A DNA stretch of 64,000 nt from Naegleria gruberi (taxonomy: Eukaryota). How positions within the stretch are numbered: the stretch's first letter is position 1; every line of letters starts with the position of its first letter. The notes below the pieces were generated by a model. The model saw only the letters and a program-made list of their open reading frames with translations, was not told where the DNA came from and ran no database searches. The stretch is from the NCBI GenBank assembly GCA_000004985.1, contig GG738858.1. One strand, written 5' to 3'. A program made the translations under genes and the position numbers. Below are positions 1 to 11,900 of the stretch, piece by piece.

Positions 1-77
1 CTTGCCCGGAATGGATTTATCCTGCTTCAATGTTGAGTTGACCATAAACTTGTTGATCACAAATACATTAAAAAAAA

Positions 78-2195
78 ATGGAAAAACACACAACACAACT
101 TTCACAAAAAGAAGAAGAGGAAACAAATATGAACTTGTGGCAACAAGATGATCAATTTCCGAATGACATTATTTATGAAATTATGTCCTTTCTTGATGAT
201 TTTACATTTGTTGTCATGAATTGTGCATTAGTATCCAAACAGTGGTTCAATGTTATTTTATTAACATGTAACCATCTTACTTTGAATGGTAAATATGGTG
301 TTGAAATGGGTGGCCAATTTTTACAGAATATTGCAACTCTTAATGTTTGTGCCACAAGTGATACTTGCAAAAAATTAATCTTGATGAAATCATTAACTGA
401 ACTAATTATTAGATGTGATGAACAAGACGCTAAATACATAGGTGGATTGAAACAATTAACGAGGCTTACTATTTATTCCAGTCATATTCGTGATATTGGT
501 AAAATTAGTGAATTGAAACAATTGACCTATCTCAATGTTCCTGCGAATGGTATTTGGTGTTATACAACTAAACAGGTAAAAGAATTTAAACAATTGACCA
601 CTCTTATTATTGATCAAAATCAAGTGGGTAGTGAAGGATGTAAATATATTAGTGAATTGAAACAATTGACCTCTCTTTCTATTGATGAAAATTTTATTTA
701 TGATGAAGGAGTAGAGTATTTAAGTGAATTAGCACAATTAACATATCTTAATATTTCCAACAATGGGGTTGGTAGTGAAGGATGTAAATATGTAGGCAAA
801 ATGAAACGATTGACCTCTCTTGGTTTTTATAACAATCGTATTGGTAAGGAAGGAGCTAAATACATTAGTACATTGAATCAATTGAAACAACTTGATATTT
901 CTCGAACTAATATTGGTGATAAAGGACTTGAACATATTGGTCAATTATCACAATTGACAAGTCTTGATTTATATTGCAATAAGATTGGTAATGGAGGAGC
1001 TAAATATTTAAGTGAATTGAAACAATTAACCTATCTTAATATTTCTGAGAATCACATTGGCAATGAAGGAATTAAATATATTGGTGAATTGAAACAATTA
1101 GTCAATCTAATAATTAATAACAATAGGATTGGTAATGATGGAGTTAAATATATTGGAGAATTAAAACAATTAACCTATCTTAATATTTCTGAGAATCGCA
1201 TTGGCAATGAAGGAATTAAATATATTGGTGACTTAAAACAATTAACCAATATTATTATTTCTCGTAATTGGATTGGTAGTGAAGGAGCTAAATATATTGG
1301 TAAATTGTCACAATTGACAAGTCTTGGACTTTCTAGTAATAATATTGATAACGAAGGAGCTAAATATTTGAGTGAATTGAAAGAATTGAGCTTTCTTAAT
1401 ATTGAGAGAAATAAGATTCGTGATGAAGGAGCAAAATATATAAGTGAATTAAAGGAATTGATCTATCTTTATATCAGTAACAATAAGATTCGTAATGAAG
1501 GAGCTAAATACATAAGTGAATTGAAACAAGTAACTTACCTTGATATTGGCAACAATTATATTGGTGATGAAGGAATAAAATACATAAGTGAAATGAAACA
1601 ATTAACGGATCTTAAAAAATACCAATATAATGAAGAAGAGTACAATGAAATTGAAGAGGAGTATAATGAAGAAGATTACTATTACAATGAGGAGGAGGAG
1701 GAGTATAATGAAAATGAAGAAGAACATAATGAGAATGAGGAGGAGTACACTAACGAAGAAGAATATATTGAAAATGAGGAGGAGTACAATGAAAACGAAG
1801 AAGAATACACTGACAATGAAGAAGAACATAATGAGAATGAGGAGGAGTGCACTGACAATGAAGAAGAGCACAATGAGAAGGAGGAGGAGTACACTAACAA
1901 TGAAGATTACTATGACAATGAGGAGGAGTATACTGAAAATGAAGAAGAGCACTCTGAAAATGAAGAGGAGTACAATGACAATGAGTATTTGAAAATGAAG
2001 ATCACAACGAAAACGAAGAATTCACTGTCAATGAGGAGGTGGAGTATATGGAAAATGAAGGAGAATATATTGAAAATGAGGAGGAGTGCACTGACAATAA
2101 AGAAGTGCACAATGAAAATGAGGAGGAGTGAAATGAAAAAGACTGGAATTGTTTTTGTTAACCAATTAGATGAAGATATGAATCAGACATTGTAG
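78..2195 (+). CDS. F-box-like N-terminus + RNI-type leucine-rich-repeat protein with acidic NEEEEY-repeat C-terminal tail
   Basis: ATG at 78. The N-terminus FPNDIIYEIMSFLDDFTFVVMNCALVSKQWFNVIL is F-box-like. About 16 tandem 24-aa LRRs of ribonuclease-inhibitor type follow (for example ISENRIGNEGIKYIGELKQLTYLN). A long GAA/GAG-rich tail encodes NEEEEYN repeats from about 1615. The frame changes near 1985, so the listed ORF end at 2195 is probably artefactual; the +2 frame gives NEDHNENEEF... and stops at 2129-2131. Paralogs lie at 23421..25266 and 49747..51009. Confidence 0.75.
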   Translation: MEKHTTQLSQKEEEETNMNLWQQDDQFPNDIIYEIMSFLDDFTFVVMNCALVSKQWFNVILLTCNHLTLNGKYGVEMGGQFLQNIATLNVCATSDTCKKLILMKSLTELIIRCDEQDAKYIGGLKQLTRLTIYSSHIRDIGKISELKQLTYLNVPANGIWCYTTKQVKEFKQLTTLIIDQNQVGSEGCKYISELKQLTSLSIDENFIYDEGVEYLSELAQLTYLNISNNGVGSEGCKYVGKMKRLTSLGFYNNRIGKEGAKYISTLNQLKQLDISRTNIGDKGLEHIGQLSQLTSLDLYCNKIGNGGAKYLSELKQLTYLNISENHIGNEGIKYIGELKQLVNLIINNNRIGNDGVKYIGELKQLTYLNISENRIGNEGIKYIGDLKQLTNIIISRNWIGSEGAKYIGKLSQLTSLGLSSNNIDNEGAKYLSELKELSFLNIERNKIRDEGAKYISELKELIYLYISNNKIRNEGAKYISELKQVTYLDIGNNYIGDEGIKYISEMKQLTDLKKYQYNEEEYNEIEEEYNEEDYYYNEEEEEYNENEEEHNENEEEYTNEEEYIENEEEYNENEEEYTDNEEEHNENEEECTDNEEEHNEKEEEYTNNEDYYDNEEEYTENEEEHSENEEEYNDNEYLKMKITTKTKNSLSMRRWSIWKMKENILKMRRSALTIKKCTMKMRRSEMKKTGIVFVNQLDEDMNQTL
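1615..2131 (+). repeat. coding GAA/GAG-rich imperfect tandem repeat (acidic NEEEEY(N/T) units)
   Basis: Repeated aatgaagaagag / gaggaggagtac units are seen directly. They generate the antisense and alternative-frame ORFs at 1602..1952, 1630..1992, 1682..1900 and 1910..2110. Confidence 0.7.
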
Positions 2196-2483
2196 CCATA
2201 ACATATTTACAAATTTATCAAACTATAATTCTTATAATCTTTCCAATAACACTTTGTTCATTTCCTTGGATTACAGAATAATGTCAAGTAAGAAAGGTAT
2301 CAAGGCAATAATTGTCCAAGTTGATGTTTAAATCAAACAATAAAAGGTCAAAAATATTGAATATAGAATTTGTTAACCAACATTACAAAATTCCATATTA
2401 GAGTAAATACGAGTTCCAAGTTAATTACTAAAATTGTAAACAAGTTCATAAAATTTAAAAAAAAATTGAAAATCAAAAAAAAA

Positions 2484-3527
2484 ATGACTGAACGTATTTG
2501 CATAGTTGGGAGAACTTTCTTCTACAACAAGACACAAGATGCAGCCTTATCCAAGACAATGCTCGATGTTCGTTCTCGAGTTGATTACGATCAAAGTCAT
2601 GTGAGAGCAAGTTTTTCAACTCCGATCATTGATGAATATCATATCGGAGAGTTGATTGTTTCGAGTAGAGAAAAATTGGAAAAATTGATGAATGATTCTG
2701 TTTCGAAGGAGGAAATTACGTTGGTTTTGAATGAATTGTTTGGAAAGGTTTCGGGATTTAGATTGAGAGGAATTGGTTATAAGAATGTAATGTTATATGG
2801 GGATGAGGAGATTTTATTGTCGGAATTGAAGAGTGGAATTCAAAAGGTGGGAGATGAAGCCAAGTTTCCAAATTGTGATAAGTTGGTAGAGTCATCTAGC
2901 AGAATTGTTGGGGATGTGCATTCGGACGATATCATGAAATATCCTGTATTATTATTGGCTGAATTATTGAGGATGGAGGGAAAGATTGAAAATGTCTATG
3001 TGCTGGATAGTTACAAATTATATTTGGAAAAGTATAGTTATGTGGTCACTTTTAAAGATAGAATTGGACATCAAACATTGTATCCATCTGAAATTATTGA
3101 AAATTTCTTGTTTTTGGGAAATCGAGATAATGCCAGTTCCGATAGAGAACTCACAGATATTGGAATCACTTACATTTTGAATATGGCAGAAGAGGTGGAA
3201 AATGTCTTGGAGGAAATGATCTTGGACAATGGAGAGAAAAAGTACAAGTACTTAAAGTTGGGCACTGGTGATACAATTGAACACTCGATATCTGATCTCT
3301 TCGAACAGGCTAACCAATTCCTGAGGGAGGCCTTTGAAAATAATTGTAAGGCAATTGTTAATTGTAATATGGGTATCAGTAGAAGTTCAACCACTGTACT
3401 CAGCTATTTAATGAAATATTATGAACTTTCATTCGAGGAGGCATTCCACCATGCCAAAGGTCACAGAAGTATTGTTTGTCCAAATCAAGCTTTCCGAGAA
3501 CAACTCAAAAACTATTATAAACGTTAA
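2484..3527 (+). CDS. MAP-kinase-phosphatase-like protein: N-terminal rhodanese-like region + C-terminal dual-specificity phosphatase domain
   Basis: The first in-frame ATG is at 2484; the ORF-track start at 2370 is a TTG. The C-terminal domain contains AIVNCNMGISRSSTTVLSYLMKY, matching the DUSP P-loop CxxGxxRS, with Asn replacing the usual His before the catalytic Cys. YILNMAEE and KYKYLKLGTGD are typical of the DUSP fold. The gene converges on the next gene with a 6-bp gap. Confidence 0.7.
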   Translation: MTERICIVGRTFFYNKTQDAALSKTMLDVRSRVDYDQSHVRASFSTPIIDEYHIGELIVSSREKLEKLMNDSVSKEEITLVLNELFGKVSGFRLRGIGYKNVMLYGDEEILLSELKSGIQKVGDEAKFPNCDKLVESSSRIVGDVHSDDIMKYPVLLLAELLRMEGKIENVYVLDSYKLYLEKYSYVVTFKDRIGHQTLYPSEIIENFLFLGNRDNASSDRELTDIGITYILNMAEEVENVLEEMILDNGEKKYKYLKLGTGDTIEHSISDLFEQANQFLREAFENNCKAIVNCNMGISRSSTTVLSYLMKYYELSFEEAFHHAKGHRSIVCPNQAFREQLKNYYKR

Positions 3528-3533
3528 TGGAAT

Positions 3534-5921
3534 CTATTCCAGGTTTTGTTTCTTTATGTCTTTGAGATAGTTTCCAAAAGATTTTAACAGGAATAAATCC
3601 ATAGCTTTTCTTTGTTGGTTCGTACACTTTCCACTCACGTGAGAGAGTAGCACATAATCATCTTCCATTCCAATACCATTCTCTACTGTTTGTTTCAATA
3701 GTTTTTGTTCCATTTCATTGAACATATCAATGTAATATTCTGGTTTATCTTTCTGATAGGGAATCTTACGAATGGAGAACCAACAATGAGCAGCATCATC
3801 AATTTTATCAAGAGCAAGAAGGGTCAGGGCCATATTGAACGCAATACTGAACTGGGTTTCAATCAACAACTTTCTATCGAAATGCTCCTCCGGTAATAGT
3901 ACAAACGCCTGTCTGAGTAAATGTAGGGCATCATCTAGTTGGTGTTTACAAATCAGTATCATTGCTCTATTGTTTAAAAGCACAGATTTGAAAAAGGTAT
4001 TTGATATTTCCTCAGATTTTAAAGCTCCCTCCAAAATTTGTTCACATTCCATGAGAGGCCTTTCCAGTGCCATCATGGCATCACACTTATAGAGTAGGAG
4101 CATCACGTCTTGGTTTGGACTCGAGATTCCACCTAGTTTCTTAATGGCATAGTCACAGATTCTAAGTGCCTTCCCATAGCTATGAGTTTGAAGGAGACAG
4201 TAAATGTACATTTTCAATAATTGAAGTGGTGAAATGCTTTCATCTGGATGCTCTGCGTTTTGATTGACTTTTCCCCACAATCTCTTATCTTCAGTGTGGA
4301 TTAAATTCTTGATGAGATGCTCAAAGCAGTAAAGAGCGTCATAGTAGCTTTCCTCCTTCACTAGCGAATTACCAATGTGGCTTAAAATCAAGTATGGACT
4401 CAGTATTGATGTATTTCTCTCTTCTTCATCAATATTGGATGTTTCATTGACAAGAATTTGATGAATTTCTTGTAAAATCTTACGCTTAGGATGGTGCTCT
4501 CCCAAATAGTCTCTTATTTTACACATATTGTACATGGATTCAACCTTTTTTAGTGGATTACTTTCAATACTGCTTGCTTTTTGTAACCAATTGAGACAAT
4601 CACTTAGTGATGACTCTTTCAAGAATAAGAGAGCTACCATGTGACTGCTTTGGGACTGGTAAAAAGAGTATTCCTTTTGGTTGGAGCTGAGCTCAATAAC
4701 CTTCAAAAAGGTATCCTTGGATGTTTTGATATCACCCTTTTCCATTGAAATTATCGCCAATAAATAGAGTGCTGGTACATATTTTTTACAGAGCTTGCAT
4801 TGGGCTACTGCAGCGTCCAGTTTTTCCACTTCCAATAGTGCAATAGATAGGTGCATTTGGCTATTATTAATTTCATTATCAATATCAGCGGAATCTCTTT
4901 CAGAAATTGTTTCAGAAGACATGCCACTCAATTTTTTCAAAATATCATAAACAATTCCACCAGTTCCTTTCTCGTTCCATAAATTGTCAGCTATTAATGA
5001 AAACTTTCTCTTGGATATCAATACCGAATTGTATAAATTCAATACTCTGGCCAATGTAATGTGAAAATGTAGCATGGCTGTATTAAGCGAGTCCTTCATT
5101 GCACTATCGAAAAATTTCAAAATCCTGTTTGAATAATCTACACTAAAGACTGATTTGAATTTAGATTTTTTTCGTTTCTTTGTTGGTGGAGACAATTTGG
5201 CTTCATCCTCAAATAGATAACCAGAAAAATTAAAATCAATTGCTTCCTGTAGTGATTCGAAACATTTCTGTAGTGATTGGTCAGTAAAAAGCTGCAGAAC
5301 TGAACTCATAACAAAGTTTAAACACTCATACAGAGAATCCAGCACTTCCTTTGTGTTTCTTGAACTGAATAAATTATCATTAACCACAGCAATTAAATAA
5401 ACCTTCAATCCAAATAGCAATCCTATCTGAATGTTTTGATTTTCTATTTTCCTAGTCATCATTGAATTAATATTCGTTCTAACATGTGCAACAACTCCCT
5501 CCAGTGATATTGTTGATGATGAAGATTGATCAGCATTCGATGCATTCAAATAATAGCCACACGTCTTTTTATCCATCATCATGGCCAAATAGTAAAACTC
5601 ATTGACAAGTTCTTCGTCCGTTATATAGGAACCCACTCCTCCTCCTTGTGTAGGAAATTTACTCTCCAACTCGGAAACCTTGTTCATAATTTTTGTATAT
5701 TGTCCATTCGTAAATAATTGGCTTGCTTGTTGATTGCTAAATTGAATCCATTCTCGAATAAGTTTCTTCCTTTCCATATTATTATTGTTCTTTCCATTAT
5801 TATTTAATGATGATGATGATAATGAATCACTACCACCTTCCAAAGATGATGATGATCTTCCATTCTCCATAGATGCACTACTTTTTCCCTGAAGGAGAGA
5901 AGCAAAGAGTGACCTATTCAT
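3534..5921 (-). CDS. large helical-repeat (TPR-like) protein of unknown function
   Basis: Single 795-aa ORF with the ATG at 5921..5919; the ORF-track start at 5930 is a TTG. It is predicted alpha-helical and repeat-rich, with an N-terminal S/N-rich stretch. I could not make a firm family assignment; it may be TTC39/Iml2-like. Confidence 0.55.
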   Translation of the reverse strand: MNRSLFASLLQGKSSASMENGRSSSSLEGGSDSLSSSSLNNNGKNNNNMERKKLIREWIQFSNQQASQLFTNGQYTKIMNKVSELESKFPTQGGGVGSYITDEELVNEFYYLAMMMDKKTCGYYLNASNADQSSSSTISLEGVVAHVRTNINSMMTRKIENQNIQIGLLFGLKVYLIAVVNDNLFSSRNTKEVLDSLYECLNFVMSSVLQLFTDQSLQKCFESLQEAIDFNFSGYLFEDEAKLSPPTKKRKKSKFKSVFSVDYSNRILKFFDSAMKDSLNTAMLHFHITLARVLNLYNSVLISKRKFSLIADNLWNEKGTGGIVYDILKKLSGMSSETISERDSADIDNEINNSQMHLSIALLEVEKLDAAVAQCKLCKKYVPALYLLAIISMEKGDIKTSKDTFLKVIELSSNQKEYSFYQSQSSHMVALLFLKESSLSDCLNWLQKASSIESNPLKKVESMYNMCKIRDYLGEHHPKRKILQEIHQILVNETSNIDEEERNTSILSPYLILSHIGNSLVKEESYYDALYCFEHLIKNLIHTEDKRLWGKVNQNAEHPDESISPLQLLKMYIYCLLQTHSYGKALRICDYAIKKLGGISSPNQDVMLLLYKCDAMMALERPLMECEQILEGALKSEEISNTFFKSVLLNNRAMILICKHQLDDALHLLRQAFVLLPEEHFDRKLLIETQFSIAFNMALTLLALDKIDDAAHCWFSIRKIPYQKDKPEYYIDMFNEMEQKLLKQTVENGIGMEDDYVLLSHVSGKCTNQQRKAMDLFLLKSFGNYLKDIKKQNLE

Positions 5922-6003
5922 TTTTTTCAACTTGGAAATTCGATAAATTACTCGAAGTTAAAACATTTGAAACAATAAGTTAAATAAGATTTATTGATAT
6001 GAT

Positions 6004-8839
6004 TTACCATTCTTCCCAATTATCACTCCAATCCTTTGGTTTTTGTTGTTGAGAAGTGTTGTTGGTATTTGAGGTTGCTTGTTTAGGTTGTTGTTGTTGT
6101 CTGATTGGTTGTAGTTGTTGTTGTGGTTGTGGTTGTGGTTGTTTTGGTGGTTGCTGAGAGAATGATGGTTGCTTCTTTTGAGGTTCATTCATTGAGGCAA
6201 AGAAATCATCACCAAAATTGTTTTTCTGAGAGGAAGTGATATTGGATTGGTTGGTATTGGCTGTTGGTCTTTTTTGAGTTGGATTTGGTGAGCTAGTAGA
6301 AGTGGTTGTTGTTGAGGATGTTGGGGCATGAGATAACTTGAGAGAGGAAGATGCAATAGTTGTCTTTGCTTTTGGTATCTCAAATTGGTTGTCCATATCC
6401 CAAGAGCTCCAATCACCATCTAGTAAATCGTCACCACCAAGCATAGCTCCACTTGAAGAGTTTCCATTATTTCCAGGCATATCATCCATATCGAAAAAGT
6501 CATCAAATTCATTGTTGCTAGAGCTCTTAACTGGCTGCTTCTTTTGTGCTGTAGTACTTGCTGTGTTATTGGTATTTACACTTTGGACTGGCTTATTTTG
6601 AGTTGCTTGCTTTGGTTGTAAAGTGTTGAATTCTTGAGAGTTTTGTTTTGGAGTTGTGTTAAGAGAAACTGGTTTGTAAATAGTTGAAGAAGCAGTATTT
6701 GAGGTGTTGACAGTGGAAGAACCATATCCAGAATTTGTATTGGTGCTACTAAGAGATGGAGAGCTTGTTGGTCTAGTTTGTTGTTGATTTGTTGTGGTAT
6801 TTGATCCAGAATGTTGTTCATTCTCACCCAATACTTTAGTCTTGATGGATTTCATAGCCCAGGACAAGTAATCTCCTTGTTCTCCAGAACCACCTGTTGT
6901 TGCACTAGTACTAGATTGACCATTTGCTATGGCACTATCTTGACTTCTTTCGTTGGCAACAATTTCAGTAAAGTTTGGATTTTCTGACAAATCAGAAATA
7001 ACCTTCAAAAATTCATTCATAACTTGGAAAGCTAAATCTCTCACTTGTTTTTCAGCATCTACAGTAAGGGAAACAACAAAAGGTAAACCTTTCACTGCAA
7101 CTTCACTCACTGAATAGAAAGATTTTGTGCTCAAAAGAGCTTTCAGAGCAGCAACTCTAGAATGAACGAATGGATCTTTGAGACTTCTAACAAAAGCAGC
7201 TAAAAGTACTCTTTTACGAGTTTTTTCTGAAAAGTTGGCAGCTAATTTACCAAAAGCAATAACAGTGTTAGTTCTAATTGCATTTTCCTTATCACCTTGG
7301 AGGGCCCACATAAATCTCACAACGCTATTGTCAACAGTATCCTCTTTGAGCTTTGGAACGAGGGAGATCATTGCCTTGACTGTCATTTCTCTCAAAACTG
7401 GAGAAGTATCTTTGAATCCTTTAGAAACATGTTCATAGACAATTTCAGATTGTTCTTTTGTCAAATATATGGCAATATGATCAATACTCCTCAATAAATT
7501 AACTCTAACTGTTCTATCAGCAATTTCGAAAAGGTCAATAATTTTTGGAATGAAGATTGTCTTGTAATCATCCTCATTCAATAGACTACCAAGTTTCATT
7601 ATAGGAACAATAGCTTTTTGGCCATTGTTAGTGAATTTGATGAGTTGAATCAAGCTTGGAAGTACCTTATTCTTCAGATTATTTTGTGGAATTTGAGTTA
7701 ACATGTCAGGTAATCTATTCAAAAAATCGTCAGTTGCTGCTGCATCTTTGATTGTAATATTTTCCAAAAAGAGTTGAATTTCAATAAGAGAGTTCTTAAA
7801 ATATGGATTTTCCAACAATCTTGCAGCATCCATTCTCATTTTTACATTCTTATCAATGAGTTGATCATAACCGACTCTGAGAGTTTTTGGAATTTTAGAA
7901 ACTCTCTTCAAATCGTCTGAATTATTCAAATTTCCTTCAAAAATTTCATAAATTAAACAAGCAAGCCCCCAAGAATCAAGTTTTGATGGACTTTCCTCAA
8001 TGATATCCCATCTGTCACAAATAGATCAGTATATTGATTAGTATATCACTCATAAACATACCTCTGTGTTGTAAGCTCCAAAGATTTATACTTATTCATG
8101 ATAAAGGAACCAAAAGTTCTTACAGGAACACCATAAGAAGCTTCAGTTGGATTGACTACTCCTCCACTATTTTGGAATGATGTTAAAAATCCAAGTTCTC
8201 CCAGTTTCCAATCTCCACCATTATCCACAAAAACAGAATCCATATTTACATTACAATGATACATATTTTTCCCATGTAAGAAAGTCAATACTTTCTATTT
8301 GAAAATTTAAATATTATCAACACGATAATACATACAGCTATTTGATACAATCCGTAGGCAATTATTTCTGGTGCTCCGAGTTGAATTCTAATATTTTGCA
8401 ATTCAGTAGAGAGTGGTGTTACATATTCAGTCACAATACAAATACTATTTGGCAATTCAACTCCACTATTTGATGATAATGATGATATTCATCAATGATG
8501 AGGGCTTTTAAACTTACTCTAAAAAGTTAACAACACCTGGATGTTTAATGGCACGCAATCTTTTTAAACTTGCTTTGGCCAGTTCAATCTTATCTAAATA
8601 TCAAATAATTAACAACAATTATGATGATTAATTGATGGTTATTAAATCCATCTTCGGAACATACCTGGTGATGTTGTTGTATCAAAATCAAACTTGAAAA
8701 TTGTTACCAATTCCTGATCAGATTTTCTTCTGGCTTTATGAATCTTCCATAGAGTAGATGTTTGAACAAAATTCTCTTCGATATCATATGGAAATTCCTT
8801 CTTTCCTAGTAACGCACCAACCTGTTGAGCATTTCCCAT
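6004..8839 (-). CDS. SCY1-like pseudokinase (SCYL1/Cex1 family), 5 exons
   Basis: join(8839..8665,8593..8518,8465..8336,8294..8062,8011..6004) on the minus strand; 2622 nt, 873 aa. The donors are GTATGT or GTAAGT, and the exon phases agree with the ORF-track frames. The N-terminus is MGNAQQVGALLGKKEFPYDIEE...IFKFDFD. The kinase-like domain lacks HRD/DFG (FLHGKNMYHCNVNMDSVFVDNGGDWKLGELGF). HEAT-like repeats follow (LREMTVKAMISLVPKL...), then a Q/N/S/T-rich tail with QPQPQPQQQ. Confidence 0.8.
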
Positions 8840-8935
8840 TTTTTTTAACTTGGACGTCAACAGTTGCAATCAACACGTGTATTTCACCAACAACAGTTGA
8901 ATTGGAAGCTGAAGTGAATAGTTATTTATTGCAAT

Positions 8936-11900
8936 TTACCTTTTAGGATTTGATGAGGATCTTGTTTTTGAGGTTGAAGTGTTGGATTTTTTCTTTTTCT
9001 TAGTTGTTGTGGTTGTTGTTGTGGCATTTGGATTGGTTAGAGGGGCAGTGTTAAGGATTTTTTGAGATGCTGCAGCTAATTGACTAGCTTTCTTTGTTAT
9101 TGACACAGCACTGATTGGTTGATAGTAAGAAGGTAATTGATTATTATGAGGCATATGATCAGAGTGATGAACGCTAGGGGATGATGTAGTGTGAAGGGTA
9201 GTTGAAGGTGGTGGAGGATGAGCTACAATGTACTTTGGATAGATATGTTCGTCATTGTTGAGAGGATGAGATTGATAATTATTGTAATCGTAATAGGTAT
9301 TTTGTTGCTGGTGAGTATTTGGAGAAATTACATGTCTTCCTTCATTCATAATATTGGAATTCATAATAGGAGTATTGGAATACAAATTGCTATTGCTTGT
9401 TATCATCGATGGCATTGATAGAATGTTTGAGGTTTGTTTGATTGTTGTATCGGTTGTTTGAATGGCTGGATCTGTATCCTGTTCTTGGTCTTCTCCACCT
9501 TCTTTCTTTCTCTTGTGTTTTCTTTTCAGTTTTAACAAGTAATTTTGAAGCTCGTTTTGTCTAAGAGATTGTTTGAAGAACCTCTCCTTCAAAATCTTGT
9601 ACTTCTTGACCATATGCTCGTATTGTTCCAAATATTTTCTATTATCTGACTCATAGTGGTCTTGGAGTTGTCGTAATTGTTCGTCCAAAATCTTTTCCAC
9701 AGATGAGTTAGAGTCACGCCTGATGAGTTCCTCCTTTTCTCTAATAAGTGAGTTGATTCTATCCTCTTGGTCTGAAATTTGATCATGATATTGGGATAAT
9801 TGAGAATTAAGGGCCTCAAACTTGATTTCATAATCTCTTAGTTTGCCAGTGTATGCATCTTCAAGTTGCAAAGCTGCTGATTGCGCTTCTTTCGCCATAG
9901 ATGATCTTTCGTTTTCAACCCTCATGTGAAGTGAATCGTTATCTGCTTGAAGTTTTTTGATCTTCTTTTTGAGATGATCTATATCCTTGTTAAAGTCCAT
10001 ACTAGCTTTAGAAATTTCCTCGTCTTTCTTTGCCAAATTATCTTCTAATTGTCTAATTCTTTCATCCCTAGCTGCAACTCCAATGTCTGACTCTTCTCTG
10101 AGAGATCTTATCGTGTTGGTTGCAGATTGAAGTTGCTTATCCTTTTCAGCTAGATCTATTTGGAGTCTTTCCATGTTTCTGTTCAGCCTCTTCGTCTGTT
10201 CCATAATAACTTCATTTGAAAATTCTCTCTTTTGCACCAATTGATCTTCCAAAGACTTGATAATTGTTTCAAATTTGTATTTTTCTTCCTCTCTCAATCT
10301 TGTATCATCACTCAGCTTGTGTTCTAGTCCTTGAATAATTGCCTCCAACTCCTTCTTAATGATGATTCTATCGTTTTCACTGTCTTCTAGGCGTTTCTTA
10401 GACATTTCCAATTCTCTTGCTACTGATGAAAAATGATGGCTTCTTACACTCACAAACTCGACAGTCTTGTCGACTATTGTTCTGTAATCCCTTGAGTTCT
10501 TTATGACAACGCCGGACTCTAATAAGAGATTCTTTAGTCTATCTACTTCTTCTACAAGTTCTGTGTGATGGGATGTTATCGTTTCAGTTTTCTTGCTTTC
10601 CAAATCGATAACCTTTTGACTTTCTTGAATCACCTTTTCCATTTGGTTGATTCTCATTTCATATGACCTAGTGATTTCTTCATTCTCATGAATCTTCATA
10701 TTCAATCTCTTACTCAAATCTTCTAATTCATGTTGAAGCTCATGATAATCGAAAGAATTTTCCTCTCCATATTTTTCTTTTAACTTATCTAGAGAGTCTT
10801 CCAAAACCCTTACTTTATCATTTGATCTCAACAAGTTGTCTGAGAGTTTATCAATCTCTGTCTGCTTTGTTTTCACAATGTAATCTCTTTGTTGAAGTTG
10901 TTGTTTGAGGAGATTGAGTTGTGTTTCGGTTTCATTTTTGAGTGATCTTAGGGTCTCAACTTCTTCTTCCAATCTCTCTCTTATCCTAGCTTCTGAGGAA
11001 ATTTGTCTTTCCAATTCAAGTCTTTCAAGTTTAATTTTCTCGAACTTTTCATCAATTCCTTTCAATTCCTTAACTTGACTTTCAAGTTTGTAATTCTTTT
11101 GTTCCATTTCCTCAATCTTTGATGCATACTCTTCATGTAATTCGTGAATTTTCTCTTGTTCATGTTCATGGGATGGCCCAATATCAACAGATTGTTTCAA
11201 TGTAAAAAGTTCCTTCTCAAGTTTTTCCTTTTCAACTCTTAGTGATTGAACTAGTGTATGATGTTCCTTATTAATATGCTTTTCAGTGGAAATTGATTTG
11301 AAAATATTAAACAATGCTGTTTTAAACTCCTTGTATATACAGATGAATTGATCTGAAGCAATGTCCTTTTCATTAATTTCAGTGTTGACCATCTCATATA
11401 CATTTTCGATATTTTGATGTTTGAATAGATACAACAAGTTCTTCATGTCTGTCATGATCACAAAACTTGCTTTGGATACTCCTTTCTGTGATAACGATTT
11501 ATCCTCTTCATACTTTTGCCTTATTTCCTCCTCTCGTTGTTTTTGTTCTCTGAAAATATTTTCAAGTCTAGCTGTGTGTTTTGTTTGAAGTTCCTTATAC
11601 AGACTTCTCCACGTATCTAATTCTAATTTCATATTTTCTACATGATTTGTAAGTTTAGCAACTGCCTCCGACTCTGTTCCTCTTACTGGAGTGTCAGCAA
11701 ATAATATCGATGAAAATGTTGATGGCTCATCATCTTGATGCTATACAATAAATTAGTTCAGTCGTCAATTATTATTAATTCCTCCTACCTTTGATGATGA
11801 AAAAATTGGAAAGTGAGGCAGTTCTCTTTGCGACTCATCCATTCCATAATCTCTTCCCTCATTTGATGGTGATGGTGTGTCCCCTGTTGTAAGTCCACTA

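Noticed and set aside
1602-2110. Overlapping ORFs on both strands (1602..1952-, 1630..1992+, 1682..1900-, 1910..2110-)
   Set aside because: These are alternative-frame and antisense readings of the GAA/GAG acidic coding repeat of the LRR gene. They have repetitive low-complexity products (poly-L/I/F, MKK/MRR) and are not independent genes.
6189-7497. Small ORFs inside the SCY1-like gene's last exon (6189..6419-, 6338..6601+, 6576..6827-, 7178..7438+, 7297..7497+)
   Set aside because: They are off-frame or antisense to the Q/N/S-rich C-terminal region and HEAT region of the SCYL gene. Low-complexity sequence yields long accidental ORFs.
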